A stretch of DNA of 52,266 nt from a bacterium (GCA_038145135.1 JAYQPD010000003.1:1-52266), one strand, 5' to 3'. Positions 20,001 through 27,029 are shown, numbered from the stretch's first letter. Notes: generated from the letters alone by a model not told the origin. Numbers and translations: made by a program.

Positions 20001-23000
20001 ATCATACAACTCAGGACAGATACCTGTGTTACATGCCATGTTGGCAACTGGTCGAATTATGTTGTATGTGGAAGCAACTGGAAGAAGCCCCGTAAGATCG
20101 ATCGGCTTTGACGTAGTGCCAGACGAGTTACCTGGGATCACAGCGTTTGGAACCAATTCCCACGAATCTCCGTCGTAGTACTCGACCTGAAAGAGTATTG
20201 TGGAGCTGCCAGTGGATGTCGCGTTCCAGGTCATCTCCTTCCAGTACGGACCAGAACCATAATCCCAATCGAGTCCGGGATCGCCTGCCACAGTTCCAGA
20301 GATACCTGGCTGTCGGATACCGATCATGAACGGCTCCTTAAACGGAACGGCTCCTACCGAACCGTCGGTCTCGAGAGTTTGGAACGTGCTCCATGCCGAC
20401 CCATTCCAATAGGAATAATCGTAACGATCGTTCGTGTTGTCGAAGGCGAGCAATTGTAGAAGATCATCACCAGTGCGTCGGAGCTGTACTCTGCGCGAGT
20501 CCTGAATAGTTGATACATCAGCTTCAGCAACCCATGTTGCACCCTCCCAGTACCGATAGCGAACATTGGTCAGATCGCTATAGGTCACCATAATGTATCC
20601 ATCACGCGACCCGCCCACCTCAAACGCACAGTCAACTGGCCGATCATCATCGGCATTATCGGTAGGCACCCACGCGGTTTCGAGCTCGATCTGTCCAGTC
20701 CATGAAGCAGTGGTCCATCTCACGGCACCAATATCACCATCATTGTCAATGTAGCACAGCACCATATTGTCTGATCCGACATCAGAGGCGATCACCCCAC
20801 TTTCAAAATGGTCACCAAGGTTGACGGTTGCTGAAGTGGACCAGACTGAGCCGTTCCATGCACTCCACCTGAAGCGTTTACCCGTACCGTCAGACACTGC
20901 AACTACAGCCTGGTCGCCACTCTCTTCGTACGCCATAGCGATACCTTCATGTCCAACCTCATCCATGGAACCAAAGACATTTGAACTACCTGAGACCCAA
21001 GTAGAACCGTCCCATACCTGAGCTTCATATTGAGAACCTGAAGAATCAAGCGAGACCATAATGATCTCGTCTGAGGTGGGATCTGAGACCAGCTTGATCC
21101 ATCCACAAGTATTTGAAGTTGAGAGTGTGATACTGCCACCGTCTGTCCAAGACGTACCATTCCAGATCCAGTACTCAGGGGTAGTGTCGCTGTCACATGT
21201 CACCACAAGTGCGTCACCTGACACGTTTTCATATGCCACATCAACACCACGGTACGCTGCATTCGGGAGTGCTGTCGTGAGCTCTTGAAGATTACCCCAC
21301 GCGCCATTCTTATACACCTGAACGTTCACATCCTGGTCGGTACCGATAGTTGCCATCACGTACTCCTCACGAGTTTCACCCGGCTTTACCACCACCCAGT
21401 TTATCGTGGCGCCAACTGTGAGCGCGCTTCTCTCACTACTCCAACTAGAACCGTTCCAGGTACGATACTGTGGTGTTTGAATATTGCCTTCCGCGTACGC
21501 TACGAGTGTCTCAACAGCAGTTGTCGCAACTGTTGCGGCTCCGCCGGTCGAAGTGGCTCCTGAGAGGATATCAGTTGCGAACTGCTCAGTTGTGGTCTGG
21601 AACCAGGTCGAAACAGTTACCGAAGTGTCAACAGTAAAACTATACGGGCCTGAGTAATCTGAGTATGAATCGGAGCCCGGCGGCGGATCCTTTGCGCGCA
21701 CGCGCCACCAGTACGTTGTGCCGTTGTTAAATGCATCACCAGACTGCACCGTGAATTGAATAGAGTCACCTGAGGTAAACGGACTGAAATTAAATCCATC
21801 TGTGATATTGACAAACCCTAGGTCAGTATCAGACGTCCTTACTGTTGAAGTTCCAAAATTGTAATCTGATGACCACTCTATCTGGTAGACAAGGTCGTCA
21901 CCTTGCGGATCGTCAGTGGTAAACTCGAACGTTGGTGTGGTCGTACTCGTTTTCTCATTTGGGAAAAGAGACGCGACGGTCGGCGGCGGTATGCGATACC
22001 CCCACGCAAGTGTCCAGTCTTGAAGTGTCGGTGAACCAGTACCGAACGTAAATACCGCTTGAATGCGTATCGAACTATAGGTGTCTGGATCGACACCAAG
22101 GAGACTCACCGGTGTTGTAGTGAAACCAGTCGAGTTGCCAGAAAGGACACTGTCAGGAATATCAGCCCACGTGTCGTCGGTCACTTCATACTGTACGCGA
22201 TACACTATAGTACCAGTCGTTGTAGCGTCGTTCCATGAGAGTGAACCCCACGCATTTCCAGAATCACCCCATGAAAAATTAATACGCGATGACGTCGTGG
22301 TACCGGTCGTTGATCCGCTGATAAGCGACACTTGGTCGCTCCCTGGTGTCTCCACTCCTTCAAGCGCGTCGGTATCGAATTGTTCTTCGGTCGTTTGGTA
22401 CCAGGTCGATGCGGTGACCGTAGTATCGATAGTAAAGCTTCGTATCGTAGACCAACTTCCCCATGTGTTGGAGCCGGTATCACGACTACGGATACGCCAG
22501 TAGTAGGTAGAGGTAGAAAGTGACGTCGCAGGATCGTAAAAGCGGATCGTGGTACCGCTATCGAACTGATATTTATCAGTTGACGCAAGGTCGGTAAAGT
22601 ATGACGGTGCCACCAGATCGCTCTCTTTATCGATCACGGTCGAACCGAATGAATAATCGTTATCAACCTGTATCTGATAGACCACTTGTTCAGACTCTGG
22701 ATCTGCCGAATAGAACTCAAAGTATGGGGTGTTGGTCGCCACCTTTTCGTTATCAAAAGGTGTGACCAGCGTATAACTCGACACTGCACTGTTCGTAGTC
22801 AGGCGAGGATACCTGGTGTACGTGGCAAACTCAGTACTGTCACTTTTCACCATTCTGAAGCAGTAGTCGACGCCAGCTTCTGCACCATTTTGATGTAGCG
22901 AGAAATCCCATTCACCATCTTCACCAGGATTGATATCAGCCGGTGTCGAGGCTGTTGGGTTTGATTCTTCATACGTCTCAAGCTTATCTGTACCACTCAA

Positions 23001-26000
23001 TGTCGACGAAGAAAGTGTTGCTCCGTCGCTCAAAGATGCGTTGTCATACGCCTTCCACACAGCACTTGAGGTTGCACTCCCCACATCAGCCCAATTAGTG
23101 AGTGCGGAACAATTTCCGCCGGAAGTAGTTGAAGCATACTGAAGCTTTAGTACGTCAGTCGTAGAGGTTGCGTTTGTTACTGCCACCCCGATCCTGAGAC
23201 GGATCTTGTCGTCATACCCGACCACCGTCGAGGTTGAGGTGATCGGCTCATTCTCTATAAGATCTGTCGCCCCAGCAGGCCACGGATCTGTCGGTGTAGT
23301 ACTCGTTGATGTGTTGGCATACCACCGGAACGCAGACTGATCGTAGAGAGGAACGAGACCATAATTTTGTGCAAAAATGACCGTTACGTATGGTGGTATG
23401 TTGTAGTCAGTGCTGAAATTCGTGACATCGACCTGGTGCGCATGTGTCCCGCTTGAACCGGCAAGTGTGGCAGACGTACGCGCAAAGGTGGACTGCTGTA
23501 TTGGTCCGGATGAAGTGATGTCGAGTATATCACTCTCTGTATGTGTTTCTGATCCTCCGGTCGACCCATACGATGAAGAGCCCTTTGGGAATTTATTGTA
23601 GAACGGATCTGTTGGCGTTGCCGATCGGTTCACCCACCCAGCCGGAGGAGTATCGGTCCACATGGTGATCGCGCCTACTGGGGTCGATGTTGCACCTGTG
23701 GTCGATGCATAGATAACCTCAATATATGGTGGCTCGTTGTTGACAAACAACGTCGAGGTGCTGATCGTATGGGTATGACCGGCAGCTGCAGGAAGAGGGC
23801 TCACCTGGGTACCTCCGTTGCGTCCATCCTGAGTACCGCCAGTCGCAGTGCCAGTAGTACTAGACACTGTATGGTAGTGTGTGTTTGAGCCTGCTGTTGT
23901 TGTAGCGCCATTTTCACCATATACGTATCGTCCGTTAAGTGATGAGATCTCCGTCCATCCCGCAGGTGGTGTACTTCCAAACGCGATCACTGCTCCAGAA
24001 GGTATAGAAGCAGGCTCTCCCGCACTGTTGTACTGGATAACGCGAAGTTCGCGATACGCAGGAAGCGACGATGTAGCAGTGACTGTTGGAGTAAGTGTGT
24101 GCGCATGCGCCACATCAGCAACCTCAGTACCTGTACGCTGTTCTGAAGATGCATCACTCGACGCGCTCACCACAGCAGATGCAGTGTGGTTATGCGTTGC
24201 AGTCCCCGACGCCACTCCGTATGAAGAAGAACCCATCACGAATTTTTGATAGAAGGTTCCTGACCCACATGAGAGACAAGTCCATCCAGCCGGAACGGTT
24301 GATGTATCCGAGTAGTAGATGATCATGTTGCCTGTTGCGTCAGACGCCACCTGCCACGGCTTATGTTCGATGAACTCAGCAGTATCGGAAGTGAACGCCG
24401 GTGTTGAAGAAGAGGAAGACGTAGTGAGCGCAGACGCACTCAACTGTTCATAGGAGATAGATGCCGGACCAAGCTCATAGAGGTACGGACTGATGTCTGG
24501 TGAATCGAAACGGTACGTGAGCGTAGCTTGTTCACCTGCACGCAGATCAAGATTCCAACTTAACTCCTTATGGGTGCCCAGGTCACGCACTGCTGCCTCA
24601 CTGTCTATGATCTCATAGTCAAATGGTACCCGTTCAGTGAGACTGCCAGTCAGCGAAGTCGATGCCGTCACGGTAAGGCTCATGGTGTATGGTTCGACCG
24701 GATAGATACGTGTGGGCCCATTTCGTACGATCGAGAACGGTGCGTCCTCCACCACCTCGAAGGTAGTGAATGTATGCGCAAGTGCCCGCCCTGTGTCAGG
24801 GTCGATACGCTCTACATAGAGCTCATACGTACCAGTCGCCATGGTTGCATACGACGAAGCGTAGTCTGGAACATCGACGACATTATTTCCATTACAGAGT
24901 CCCGATGTCGTGACCGGAAGTCTCCTAATGAAATTCTCAGGGTTTATGAGGTAGAGTCCAAGCGTTGCATCACAGAGTGTGTTACCGTTTGGTGAAAGTG
25001 CGGCAAGTGAAATAGTGGATAGTTCGCCCTTTACATATTCGGTCTCATCCGTATTGATCGCCAAGAGTCCCCACTGGAAGTTGAAAGTATCCGTGAACTC
25101 AACACCGCCTTCGTTTATCGTGAGTTCAACAGTGTATTCTCCTGGACGAAGTTTTTTGCGCTCTTTCTCAGGTATCTGTATCGACCAGAGTCCATCATTT
25201 GTTTCGTTCACGGTCGGTTTGATCGGTAAACCACCGATATCTCTGTGTATGATCTCCACGTCTTCGATGTATGCAGTCTTATTAGAGAAGACCTTACGTG
25301 CGGTACGCACTACAATATTTCGCTGCTCATGGTACTTGAGCGCAAAATGTGGCAACTGGTCCCGAGTGAAATCGATCTCGGTAGAGAGTAGGTCGTGGAG
25401 TTTTGGTTTTTCGAGATCAGTGAGCGCGTCTGGTGATACACGCGATTGGAGCGCTGCGCGATCAAGGGTCATTGCGTTGATCTCTACCCACAAACTATCA
25501 ATATAGATTCCTTCGATCTCATCTAGATCACCAACATACCGCGCACGGATCTTAAGCGAGCGAAGATCATTCGGGTCAATGATCGGAGGAAGTGCGAAGA
25601 GGAAATAGCCACCGTTTATTGCATTCGAGGCTTCATCCTCAATAACGACATCACCTGCACTGACCCACAGGTCATCACCAAATGAGTAGTCGACGACGAG
25701 CTTTGGAGAGACACCGCTACCACCTGCGCCAGGTGACGACTTAGCTCCAAACGACATACGGATCTGCGCATTCTCAATGGTTTCAGTCTCAGCGAGATAA
25801 GGGAGTGAGAAGCCATTCCACACAATTTGTTGACCCGAGGGACCCTGGTCCGTGAGTGAGGTAGTTGGCGTACTTGAGGAACCAACGACAGTGGTATCTG
25901 ATGATGGTGCGGTTGATGGACCCCGTGAGTTGGGCGCCACTCCTGGTGAAGTACTACCCACACTGTCCGACACTGTCGTAGTAGCAAATGCTTGTTCGAT

Positions 26001-26966
26001 AATATCAGGGGTCGCACTGTCTGAAGTGGTAACAGGCGGCAGCACCTCCCCATCGGTCGAGTCTTCAGGGAGCGGTTCCTCGGCAAGTGGTTCTGATGGT
26101 GCTACATCTTCATCTACCCCTTGTGCTGGTGTCTCAACAGTGGGTTCTGAAGGAGACGGTTCTGGTGCAGGTGGAGTCGGTGCAGGCTCTGATGAGGTTG
26201 TAGTCTCATCTACTGTTGGCGTCACTTCAGAGAGAAGCGCGAGCGACATGCGACCTCGTACTCTTGTGATGAATGAGGAAACAACCCCAGACACAGTCGT
26301 CTCACCACCAGCATCAGCTTCTGGTGCTGTCGGTGAAGGATCTGGCTCTTGCGGAGGAGGATCTGGCTCTGGGTCTGGCGGAGGTGTCACCTCTTCTTCT
26401 GTAGTGGGAGGAGCAGTGTCAACTGACTGATCAATACCATCTTCTGTGGGAGGTGTCTGTGACGAGGTTTCCTCCGCATTGTTTTGTTGAGTATCTGCGG
26501 CACTACTCTCTCCTTCTCCAGGCACCACGGTGTCCGGAGAAGGTATGGCGCCATCACTTGTTGAAGTTGCACTCGGCACTGACGCTTCATCCAGTGTCTG
26601 ATTACTTGCCGGGGTATCGGACGATCCGGCATCAGATTGAGATGTGCCCGAACGGTTCGGTGAGACACTGTCTGGTGGAGCGTTACCACTGCCACTTGCT
26701 GCAGCATCGCTCGTAAGCAAGTATGCAGAATTTATAGTTGTGAAATCTTGATAGAGTGAACTTTCGCTCAGGTCCTGAACGTACAGTGTCTCAGTGTTTG
26801 TCCACCCATCGGTCTCAATAGTAAGTGGAAGGATATGAATGGTCTCTTCTTTGACCAATGTATCAAAATAATTTGCGTATACTGCGTATCCAAAGAGCAT
26901 AAGAAAGAGCAATACGCCGAATAGTGGCGCCTTATGGCGTATCAAGACTCTTCGTATATCATTCAT
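10272..26966 (-). CDS. Giant (~5,564 aa) membrane-anchored multidomain cell-surface protein, putative adhesin
   Basis: A single uninterrupted frame. The ATG at 26966 (MNDIRRVLIRHKAPLFGVLLFLMLFGYAVYA) is preceded by GGAG 3 nt upstream. The ORF-track start at 26993 is an alternative. Domain content is listed in the sub-features below. Confidence 0.9.
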   Translation of the reverse strand: MNDIRRVLIRHKAPLFGVLLFLMLFGYAVYANYFDTLVKEETIHILPLTIETDGWTNTETLYVQDLSESSLYQDFTTINSAYLLTSDAAASGSGNAPPDSVSPNRSGTSQSDAGSSDTPASNQTLDEASVPSATSTSDGAIPSPDTVVPGEGESSAADTQQNNAEETSSQTPPTEDGIDQSVDTAPPTTEEEVTPPPDPEPDPPPQEPDPSPTAPEADAGGETTVSGVVSSFITRVRGRMSLALLSEVTPTVDETTTSSEPAPTPPAPEPSPSEPTVETPAQGVDEDVAPSEPLAEEPLPEDSTDGEVLPPVTTSDSATPDIIEQAFATTTVSDSVGSTSPGVAPNSRGPSTAPSSDTTVVGSSSTPTTSLTDQGPSGQQIVWNGFSLPYLAETETIENAQIRMSFGAKSSPGAGGSGVSPKLVVDYSFGDDLWVSAGDVVIEDEASNAINGGYFLFALPPIIDPNDLRSLKIRARYVGDLDEIEGIYIDSLWVEINAMTLDRAALQSRVSPDALTDLEKPKLHDLLSTEIDFTRDQLPHFALKYHEQRNIVVRTARKVFSNKTAYIEDVEIIHRDIGGLPIKPTVNETNDGLWSIQIPEKERKKLRPGEYTVELTINEGGVEFTDTFNFQWGLLAINTDETEYVKGELSTISLAALSPNGNTLCDATLGLYLINPENFIRRLPVTTSGLCNGNNVVDVPDYASSYATMATGTYELYVERIDPDTGRALAHTFTTFEVVEDAPFSIVRNGPTRIYPVEPYTMSLTVTASTSLTGSLTERVPFDYEIIDSEAAVRDLGTHKELSWNLDLRAGEQATLTYRFDSPDISPYLYELGPASISYEQLSASALTTSSSSSTPAFTSDTAEFIEHKPWQVASDATGNMIIYYSDTSTVPAGWTCLSCGSGTFYQKFVMGSSSYGVASGTATHNHTASAVVSASSDASSEQRTGTEVADVAHAHTLTPTVTATSSLPAYRELRVIQYNSAGEPASIPSGAVIAFGSTPPAGWTEISSLNGRYVYGENGATTTAGSNTHYHTVSSTTGTATGGTQDGRNGGTQVSPLPAAAGHTHTISTSTLFVNNEPPYIEVIYASTTGATSTPVGAITMWTDTPPAGWVNRSATPTDPFYNKFPKGSSSYGSTGGSETHTESDILDITSSGPIQQSTFARTSATLAGSSGTHAHQVDVTNFSTDYNIPPYVTVIFAQNYGLVPLYDQSAFRWYANTSTSTTPTDPWPAGATDLIENEPITSTSTVVGYDDKIRLRIGVAVTNATSTTDVLKLQYASTTSGGNCSALTNWADVGSATSSAVWKAYDNASLSDGATLSSSTLSGTDKLETYEESNPTASTPADINPGEDGEWDFSLHQNGAEAGVDYCFRMVKSDSTEFATYTRYPRLTTNSAVSSYTLVTPFDNEKVATNTPYFEFYSADPESEQVVYQIQVDNDYSFGSTVIDKESDLVAPSYFTDLASTDKYQFDSGTTIRFYDPATSLSTSTYYWRIRSRDTGSNTWGSWSTIRSFTIDTTVTASTWYQTTEEQFDTDALEGVETPGSDQVSLISGSTTGTTTSSRINFSWGDSGNAWGSLSWNDATTTGTIVYRVQYEVTDDTWADIPDSVLSGNSTGFTTTPVSLLGVDPDTYSSIRIQAVFTFGTGSPTLQDWTLAWGYRIPPPTVASLFPNEKTSTTTPTFEFTTDDPQGDDLVYQIEWSSDYNFGTSTVRTSDTDLGFVNITDGFNFSPFTSGDSIQFTVQSGDAFNNGTTYWWRVRAKDPPPGSDSYSDYSGPYSFTVDTSVTVSTWFQTTTEQFATDILSGATSTGGAATVATTAVETLVAYAEGNIQTPQYRTWNGSSWSSERSALTVGATINWVVVKPGETREEYVMATIGTDQDVNVQVYKNGAWGNLQELTTALPNAAYRGVDVAYENVSGDALVVTCDSDTTPEYWIWNGTSWTDGGSITLSTSNTCGWIKLVSDPTSDEIIMVSLDSSGSQYEAQVWDGSTWVSGSSNVFGSMDEVGHEGIAMAYEESGDQAVVAVSDGTGKRFRWSAWNGSVWSTSATVNLGDHFESGVIASDVGSDNMVLCYIDNDGDIGAVRWTTASWTGQIELETAWVPTDNADDDRPVDCAFEVGGSRDGYIMVTYSDLTNVRYRYWEGATWVAEADVSTIQDSRRVQLRRTGDDLLQLLAFDNTNDRYDYSYWNGSAWSTFQTLETDGSVGAVPFKEPFMIGIRQPGISGTVAGDPGLDWDYGSGPYWKEMTWNATSTGSSTILFQVEYYDGDSWELVPNAVIPGNSSGTTSKPIDLTGLLPVASTYNIIRPVANMACNTGICPELYDWTLTWSAGITVSGTAQQYDQSTNLTSGTVAVALNGVLQTGKTGTISGGAWSIANVNAAPGDIITVFIDGAADSGEAVGVTKYDGVGDVSGINLYERHLSIGSNDNGTVTNADIGLYDQSNDEDLFDDVSSGTLTLCASGETACQDGEIIIKSGNTYQPGSSANVVTHDIEINGTFKPNGNTIRVSGSWDNNATATMATSTVIFTASTTVVETIDQTGAVSGSFYKATFGETAGTATWSLVTAFDVDNNLRVDYGTLARGSVDITIGGNLVTGAAGYWTGVGTTTFDGATAATWSDANAAKQDIGYVVVDGAVKTLTLASNALARTITIGADDILDAGTPTPYDLTVLSHWTNNNVFTSRAGEVIFTATTTGRSIKRGSSSFYDLTFNGAAGAWSFFETTLSVTNDFTISTGTVTLPTGTTTIAGSFINSGGAFGHSNGEMRFTSTGAETITFGATQFTNGPYDLVFNGSGGTWNITDTSATTSHTVRILAGTPTLPSTLLSVGGSFVTTSGAFQHNSGTVQFYSSGSETVSVNSSSFNNLRFTGTGTYTLSNTNLTVLGDITIDSGTVVFPTGTLTLGGSLTNAGSITHSSGTVLFNATASGKTVTLGGSPLYNATFQSTTGGWTLASNATTTHNLTLTSGTLTFGARMSVGSTFTNSLQNASTTWTGSTLALYGAGTYQINASTTNGDTYDTLEIASSTKISMWNSSASTYTVDPTAYLYSKDHAGVDGDLYIFGAYARTSGTEYWSAATDFDGTTLVSPRQVDVRFENGASATLTNATLSVVGTSSGTTTISSISGTYTVNMSGGTTSMQYYSFDALGTTGVTLGTSTYVSSLQHGRFVPGVNAGTGLTVASSTIDANPAKQIFWVEFSTTSAITASNVTQTGGTPTSYWWFRESTGNLDGEAYDSDSGDPGSIRWDDSSYLITATGTVYSDAGITPMGGPTCDNVATSVRAVVNGGAFYDAACDPADGTYTINNIAFNGDPVITVFLNTNGGEKAVTVTKTPTGDIGGLDLYANRVMTRHEGATALSIADMALYDEDIDTDIAFNAATGTPDTLTVRGENELFIFASTTFTPNGNVTLEPGGSGNSFDATFHIDNNATATAQGTETYSIGGRFQVDSGGAFVPASSTVIMTATSTGKTISSPGTINLNDLTFSGTGSWDLVANLAIAGDIDLQSGTFGGSGNIDLSYGSFGGDGTLLLTGGTVTLERTNTLGSSTPWTFYNLTLGNGTVAGTTTPGGTATTTISRVLTVSAAHVLNASSGHFDLRGSGSPFVVSGTFTEGTSIVRYSNGTSATVLSDTYYNLDLNAASGTPTYTTGATGINVLGTLAVGGDSNTTVTFDASDPVVSVTGDVVIRGNGTLTGSASASFSVLGNWDNNGTYNGSGGTVTMTGSGSPTIAAGASSFSNLVLNGTGSFSFTENATATAAFTLTQVGALTTSPGVTISVGGTFTNAVSGALTDWSNSTLYLYSGTSYSLNSKAYNDTYGTLTIGPNTDVRMWNSSAATTNVDASGSLYSMDHGNSDGALYIYGSYPKSSGTDYWSYAYDFDGGALGGSSRAVTVNFASGASAYYTGGGLFVVGQAGATTTITNQGSGTYSVMVGGTASTTMRYYSYRNLDVSGVVYTGTPNVVNLGNGDIEVSIAGGSGMTVGGTAITQSPARTFSNNRFATTTAIAAYNVTATGTTVSSWRFASAIGNLSGEAKDNDPGGDPGYIVWDDSLGSITISGHVYQDEGTIVSSVCDDGLTQNVKLVIAGNATTTSCASSNGLYSFNGVSYSTSDNIIVYIDGEAPNAATVSQDPVSSIADMELYENRVIVRHEGTNPLTIADMAVYDSSDDPGDVPFTAVDAGSDTLSLPADYKLLVWTGKEFAPNGDVTLSGGGAGQAYDGTLELQTNALFTAAGSESHSIGGSMILGTGATFSAAQSTITFTTTGLLRTVNTNEDPFYNVVFNGSGSWTMPDQTATAQNNFTITAGDVTLPLGTTTVAGSFNTTGGSFTQATGTLALNGTAGGKTLRLNGSSLNRLVVDGVGGSWSMPDTNATTTLSVTVSHGTLSLPSGIFAVGSSFIATSTGTLTHNSGTLRLTGTTTESLKANGSDLGSVIFAGSGAYTMLDGSLALAGSLTIQSGAVTFATNTLAIAGSLTATGGTFDHASGTVLFNSSDTGETVDPGASPFYNVSFANASGGWTVSSATTTHNLSLTTLTSYRQASSTTLSVGGVFLNSVGGSATNWDGSTLRLVGTTTYAINTKSAGGDRYNVLYVGPDLDVTSWNTNATSTTVDPSGSLYSMDHGAADGELYIYGDYHRTTGVDYWSYATDFDGAAASRPVTVRFADTATSTLSQGTLNIIGAAGATTTITNQGSGTYSVQASGGTFNASYYAFRNLGISGLELSGTTTVSSLSYGDFELAVDTGTLITLSSTTLNANASAVYTAMTFSTTTAISGKNITLVGTTPSAWTFTAHSGNLAGENYDVDGGDNCGSLRWTDSSCLLLAQTHFRWRNDDGGEGVPNSEWYDLSWTRRVRVVLTNDDPQSYTNAVVKVTIPYDSDMQGDFSDLRFTADDGTTALNFFKESYTASSEAVVWVEVPLLATSTDTSIFAYYKNAGASDGSASTTFPYLDEFEDSNISEYSGDTSLFSVDASFAYERTRGLKASDVSGQTTDGIYRTDVSVAQGETIRYFEYVDAGGTFDEVCTLFGVQTPGSNNNNYAVCLEQVAGTDRMSIAKDVVSNDNDGSGTVLSSTTVSYSTGWYEVEIRWGTDDSITATLYSGGSEVASTTVVDSTYTSGGVGFSFWFQHGGWDIYSARPLLTTEPSVRLGVEQVSGGATWIAALDTLSSSLIPSSTARLRFVIENSGLDVTGKQFRLEYAEKGASPSCEAVSYATYSAVPDSTSCGTDAFCMTDSSNFADQASTTDLLGGLGTFTYGKMVQDTSNMTGSLNINQDEFTEVEYDMIATQDATAGGYCFRVTDNGADLDSYSEVAEMQIRYDPYITNVTLNDGFDISLSPGATTTVSATGTVTDLNGYSDVVSATGTIYRSSVSGGASCTANDNECYPVSSCSFSNCSGNSCIVTCSADIYYFADATDIGVYSGDSWYAYISSVDTAGGYGTATVASGTELLTLRALEVTQSIDYGSLETESDTGSYNATTTIDNIGNDAIDILLAGTNLTNGASVIPVNEQKYATSSFTYSSCTTCNLLGTSTMALEVDLAKPTNPTPVTDVVFWGIYIPFGTAADAHEGVNTFYATAD
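11590..12458 (-). other. DUF2341-like domain followed by a LamG/concanavalin-like domain in the giant protein
   Basis: WTRRVRVVLTNDDPQSYTNAVVKVTIPYDSDMQGDFSDLRFTADDGTTALNFFKESY...VVWVEVPLL..TSIFAYYKN is the typical DUF2341 pattern. It is followed by a ~200-aa beta-sandwich region ending GVGFSFWFQHGGWDIYSARP. Confidence 0.55.
12540..19975 (-). repeat. Three divergent tandem macro-repeats (about 910, 800 and 765 aa) of the giant protein: 17241..19975, 14836..17240 and 12540..14835
   Basis: Each unit starts I(T)xxG(T/H)VYxDxG...C...GD.I.V(F/Y)...LYxNR(V)xxRHEG..L.I.DMA.YD. It continues with many beta-helix-like ~25-aa strands (F.N..F.G.G.W......T....LTI.SGT...P.GT..(V/I).GS). It ends WNS.A.T..VD..G.LYS.DH...DG.LYI.G.Y....G.(D/E)YWS.A.DFDG (around 17730-17890, 15350-15510 and 13050-13210) ...GNL.GE..D.D.GD.G.I.WDDS. 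Confidence 0.7.
20340..21490 (-). repeat. Eight ~48-aa WNGxxW repeats, probable beta-propeller, in the giant protein
   Basis: YRTWNGSSW, VYKNGAWG, WIWNGTSW, AQVWDGSTW, SAWNGSVW, VRWTTASW, RYWEGATW and YSYWNGSAW occur at regular spacing. Confidence 0.6.
21610..22780 (-). repeat. Two FN3-like modules (each followed by a ~200-aa beta region) in the giant protein
   Basis: TLVTPFDNEKVATNTPYFEFYSADPESEQVVYQIQVDNDYSFG...TYYWRIRSRDTGSNTWGSWS..FTIDT aligns with VASLFPNEKTSTTTPTFEFTTDDPQGDDLVYQIEWSSDYNFG...TYWWRVRAKD...YSGPYSFTVDT. Confidence 0.6.
23365..24330 (-). repeat. Three tandem phage-tail-collar-like repeats inside the giant protein
   Basis: Each unit has P(P)AGW(T/V)...YGxxxG(G)xxTHxH ... 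HxH and then a terminal motif. The terminal motifs are LPAYRELRVIQY, NEPPYIEVIYA and NIPPYVTVIFAQ. This is comparable to the PxGW...YGG...H.H...N.QPY..L.YII logic of the tail collar/MdpB family. Confidence 0.4.
25850..26710 (-). other. Pro/Thr/Ser/Glu-rich low-complexity spacer of the giant protein
   Basis: The translation contains TPPPDPEPDPPPQEPDPSPTAPEA, EPAPTPPAPEPSPSEPTVETP and long S/T/P runs. The spacer ends just before GQQIVWNGFSLPYL (about 25800-25850). Confidence 0.8.
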
Positions 26967-27029
26967 TGTCTCCACAACAATGGGCCCACACACAAATTAT
27001 GTGGCTAGAGTGAGGGCCAGTTTAAAGTA

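Noticed and set aside
23365-24330. A prophage or tail-fibre gene fragment, as an explanation for the tail-collar-like repeats.
   Set aside because: The repeats are in frame within the giant cellular gene. No capsid, portal, terminase, integrase or other phage genes occur anywhere in the window.
6004-26966. A type I secretion (RTX-adhesin style) interpretation of the giant protein plus the adjacent ABC transporter.
   Set aside because: The giant protein has an N-terminal signal-anchor. I saw no GGxGxD nonapeptide repeats or C-terminal T1SS signal. The ABC system is the MacB/FtsX four-TM type with a separate ATPase, not an HlyB-type fused exporter. No membrane-fusion or outer-membrane component is present.
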